A stretch of 64,000 nt of DNA, from the IMG/VR virus record IMGVR_UViG_3300037258_000046, positions 10,209-74,208 of that record. One strand, written 5' to 3'. Within the stretch, counting starts at the first letter, position 1. Every line of letters starts with the position of its first letter. Both the position numbers and the translations under genes were made by a program. The notes beneath the pieces were generated by a model. It saw only the letters and a list, made by a program, of their open reading frames with translations. It ran no database searches and was not told the origin of the DNA. This DNA comes from a virus. Positions 63,122-64,000 of the stretch are shown here, piece by piece.

Positions 63122-64000
63122 TCCGCATCACCGACCGCGTCCGCATAGACAAGCTCGTCACCGGCCAGAGAGTACACCGCGAGCCCGTCGCCGACGGCCG
63201 CCCAGCAGACGAGATCATCGCCAGCGGTCGACGATGCGCCCTTGCCCGGCTCGAACGCGACGAAGACACCGCCCGCGCTGTAGACGTAGACCGCGCTCGC
63301 CGCGTCCGGGTAGAACGCCCGGCCGCCTCCGCTCGACGTGTATGCATAGACGGCGCTCGGCGAATCGGCCACGACCACGCCGCCAGCGCCGCCGCTGACA
63401 TAGTCGTACGTGACTGATGCCTGATCGGCCACGACCACGCTAGCCCCAGCGCTCGACATGTAGCCATAGACCGTGCGCCCAGCACCCGCGATCCGCGTCT
63501 CCGCGTCCACAGACGCCGCGTAGGCGTACGTGACGATCCCGGCGCCACCGACGCTCACCGCTCCGGCCGCGTGCGTCGAATAGTCGTATATGACTGACGC
63601 CGCGCCGGTCACGATGACCTTCCCCGCAAGCGACGCCGAGTAGCCATAAACGATGCTCGCCCCGCCTGCCGCGCCCACCGATCCCGTCGCGCTCGCGGAG
63701 TAGGAGTAGACCGTCTCGCCAGCCGCACTCACGCCCACGACCCCAGCGACGCTCGCCGCGTAGCCGTAGACCGTCGCCGCGGAGCCCGGGACCTGGACCA
63801 TCCCGAGCGCGCTCCCCTCATAGACGTAGACGACGCTCGACTCCACGCCGTCGATCACCAGTCCGCCCGACTGCGCCACGTAGCTGTAGACGCTCGACGC
63901 CGCCGCCGGGACGATCACGCCGCCGCCGAGCTGCCCCGTGTAGCCGTAGGTCACGATCGCACCGCCCGGCACCGTGACCGACCCCGGAGCGGTCGAGGAG
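63118..64000 (-). CDS. partial repeat-rich protein (about 20-aa G.V.V....VYxY.AS repeats), probably virion-associated
   Basis: More than 10 repeats; frame open to the window edge. Confidence 0.7.
   Translation of the reverse strand, partial: SSTAPGSVTVPGGAIVTYGYTGQLGGGVIVPAAASSVYSYVAQSGGLVIDGVESSVVYVYEGSALGMVQVPGSAATVYGYAASVAGVVGVSAAGETVYSYSASATGSVGAAGGASIVYGYSASLAGKVIVTGAASVIYDYSTHAAGAVSVGGAGIVTYAYAASVDAETRIAGAGRTVYGYMSSAGASVVVADQASVTYDYVSGGAGGVVVADSPSAVYAYTSSGGGRAFYPDAASAVYVYSAGGVFVAFEPGKGASSTAGDDLVCWAAVGDGLAVYSLAGDELVYADAVGDAE

Noticed and set aside
1-64000. tRNA genes, integrase/att site, terminase large subunit
   Set aside because: No supporting motifs found by eye; tRNAscan-SE and HMM searches are needed to exclude divergent copies

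Overview
The window is a roughly 70% GC tailed-phage genome segment with essentially all real genes on the minus strand. The long plus-strand ORFs are shadow frames. The phage is a contractile-tailed myovirus, and the host is probably actinobacterial (Rpf domain, Ku, DUF1906, leaderless genes). Reading in the direction of transcription (64000 to 1), the modules are: a repeat-rich virion-like protein; three tandem cell-wall hydrolases; portal and MuF; an accessory island (SprT-like, TopoVI-A/Spo11-like Toprim); capsid protease/scaffold, decoration protein and major capsid; neck; sheath and tube; tail chaperone with a GGGAAAG -1 frameshift; tape measure; baseplate; tail fibre; a Bet/Cas4-like/initiator/DnaC-like/RusA replication-recombination block; Ku; and about 18 kb of small accessory genes. 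No terminase large subunit, integrase, tRNA or CRISPR array was seen. The main discovery is regulatory. Sixteen genes share a 5' leader GCAACCCG-N(0-12)-(A)GGAG, and in 12 of them it sits exactly 7 nt after an extended -10 box. A promoter- and terminator-bounded ~100-nt non-coding unit at 27055-27153 displays the antisense of that leader plus the Shine-Dalgarno in a stem-loop. This is a candidate trans-acting phage sRNA that represses a whole regulon, while the structural operons begin with leaderless genes it could not target. All calls were made by eye, with no database searches.
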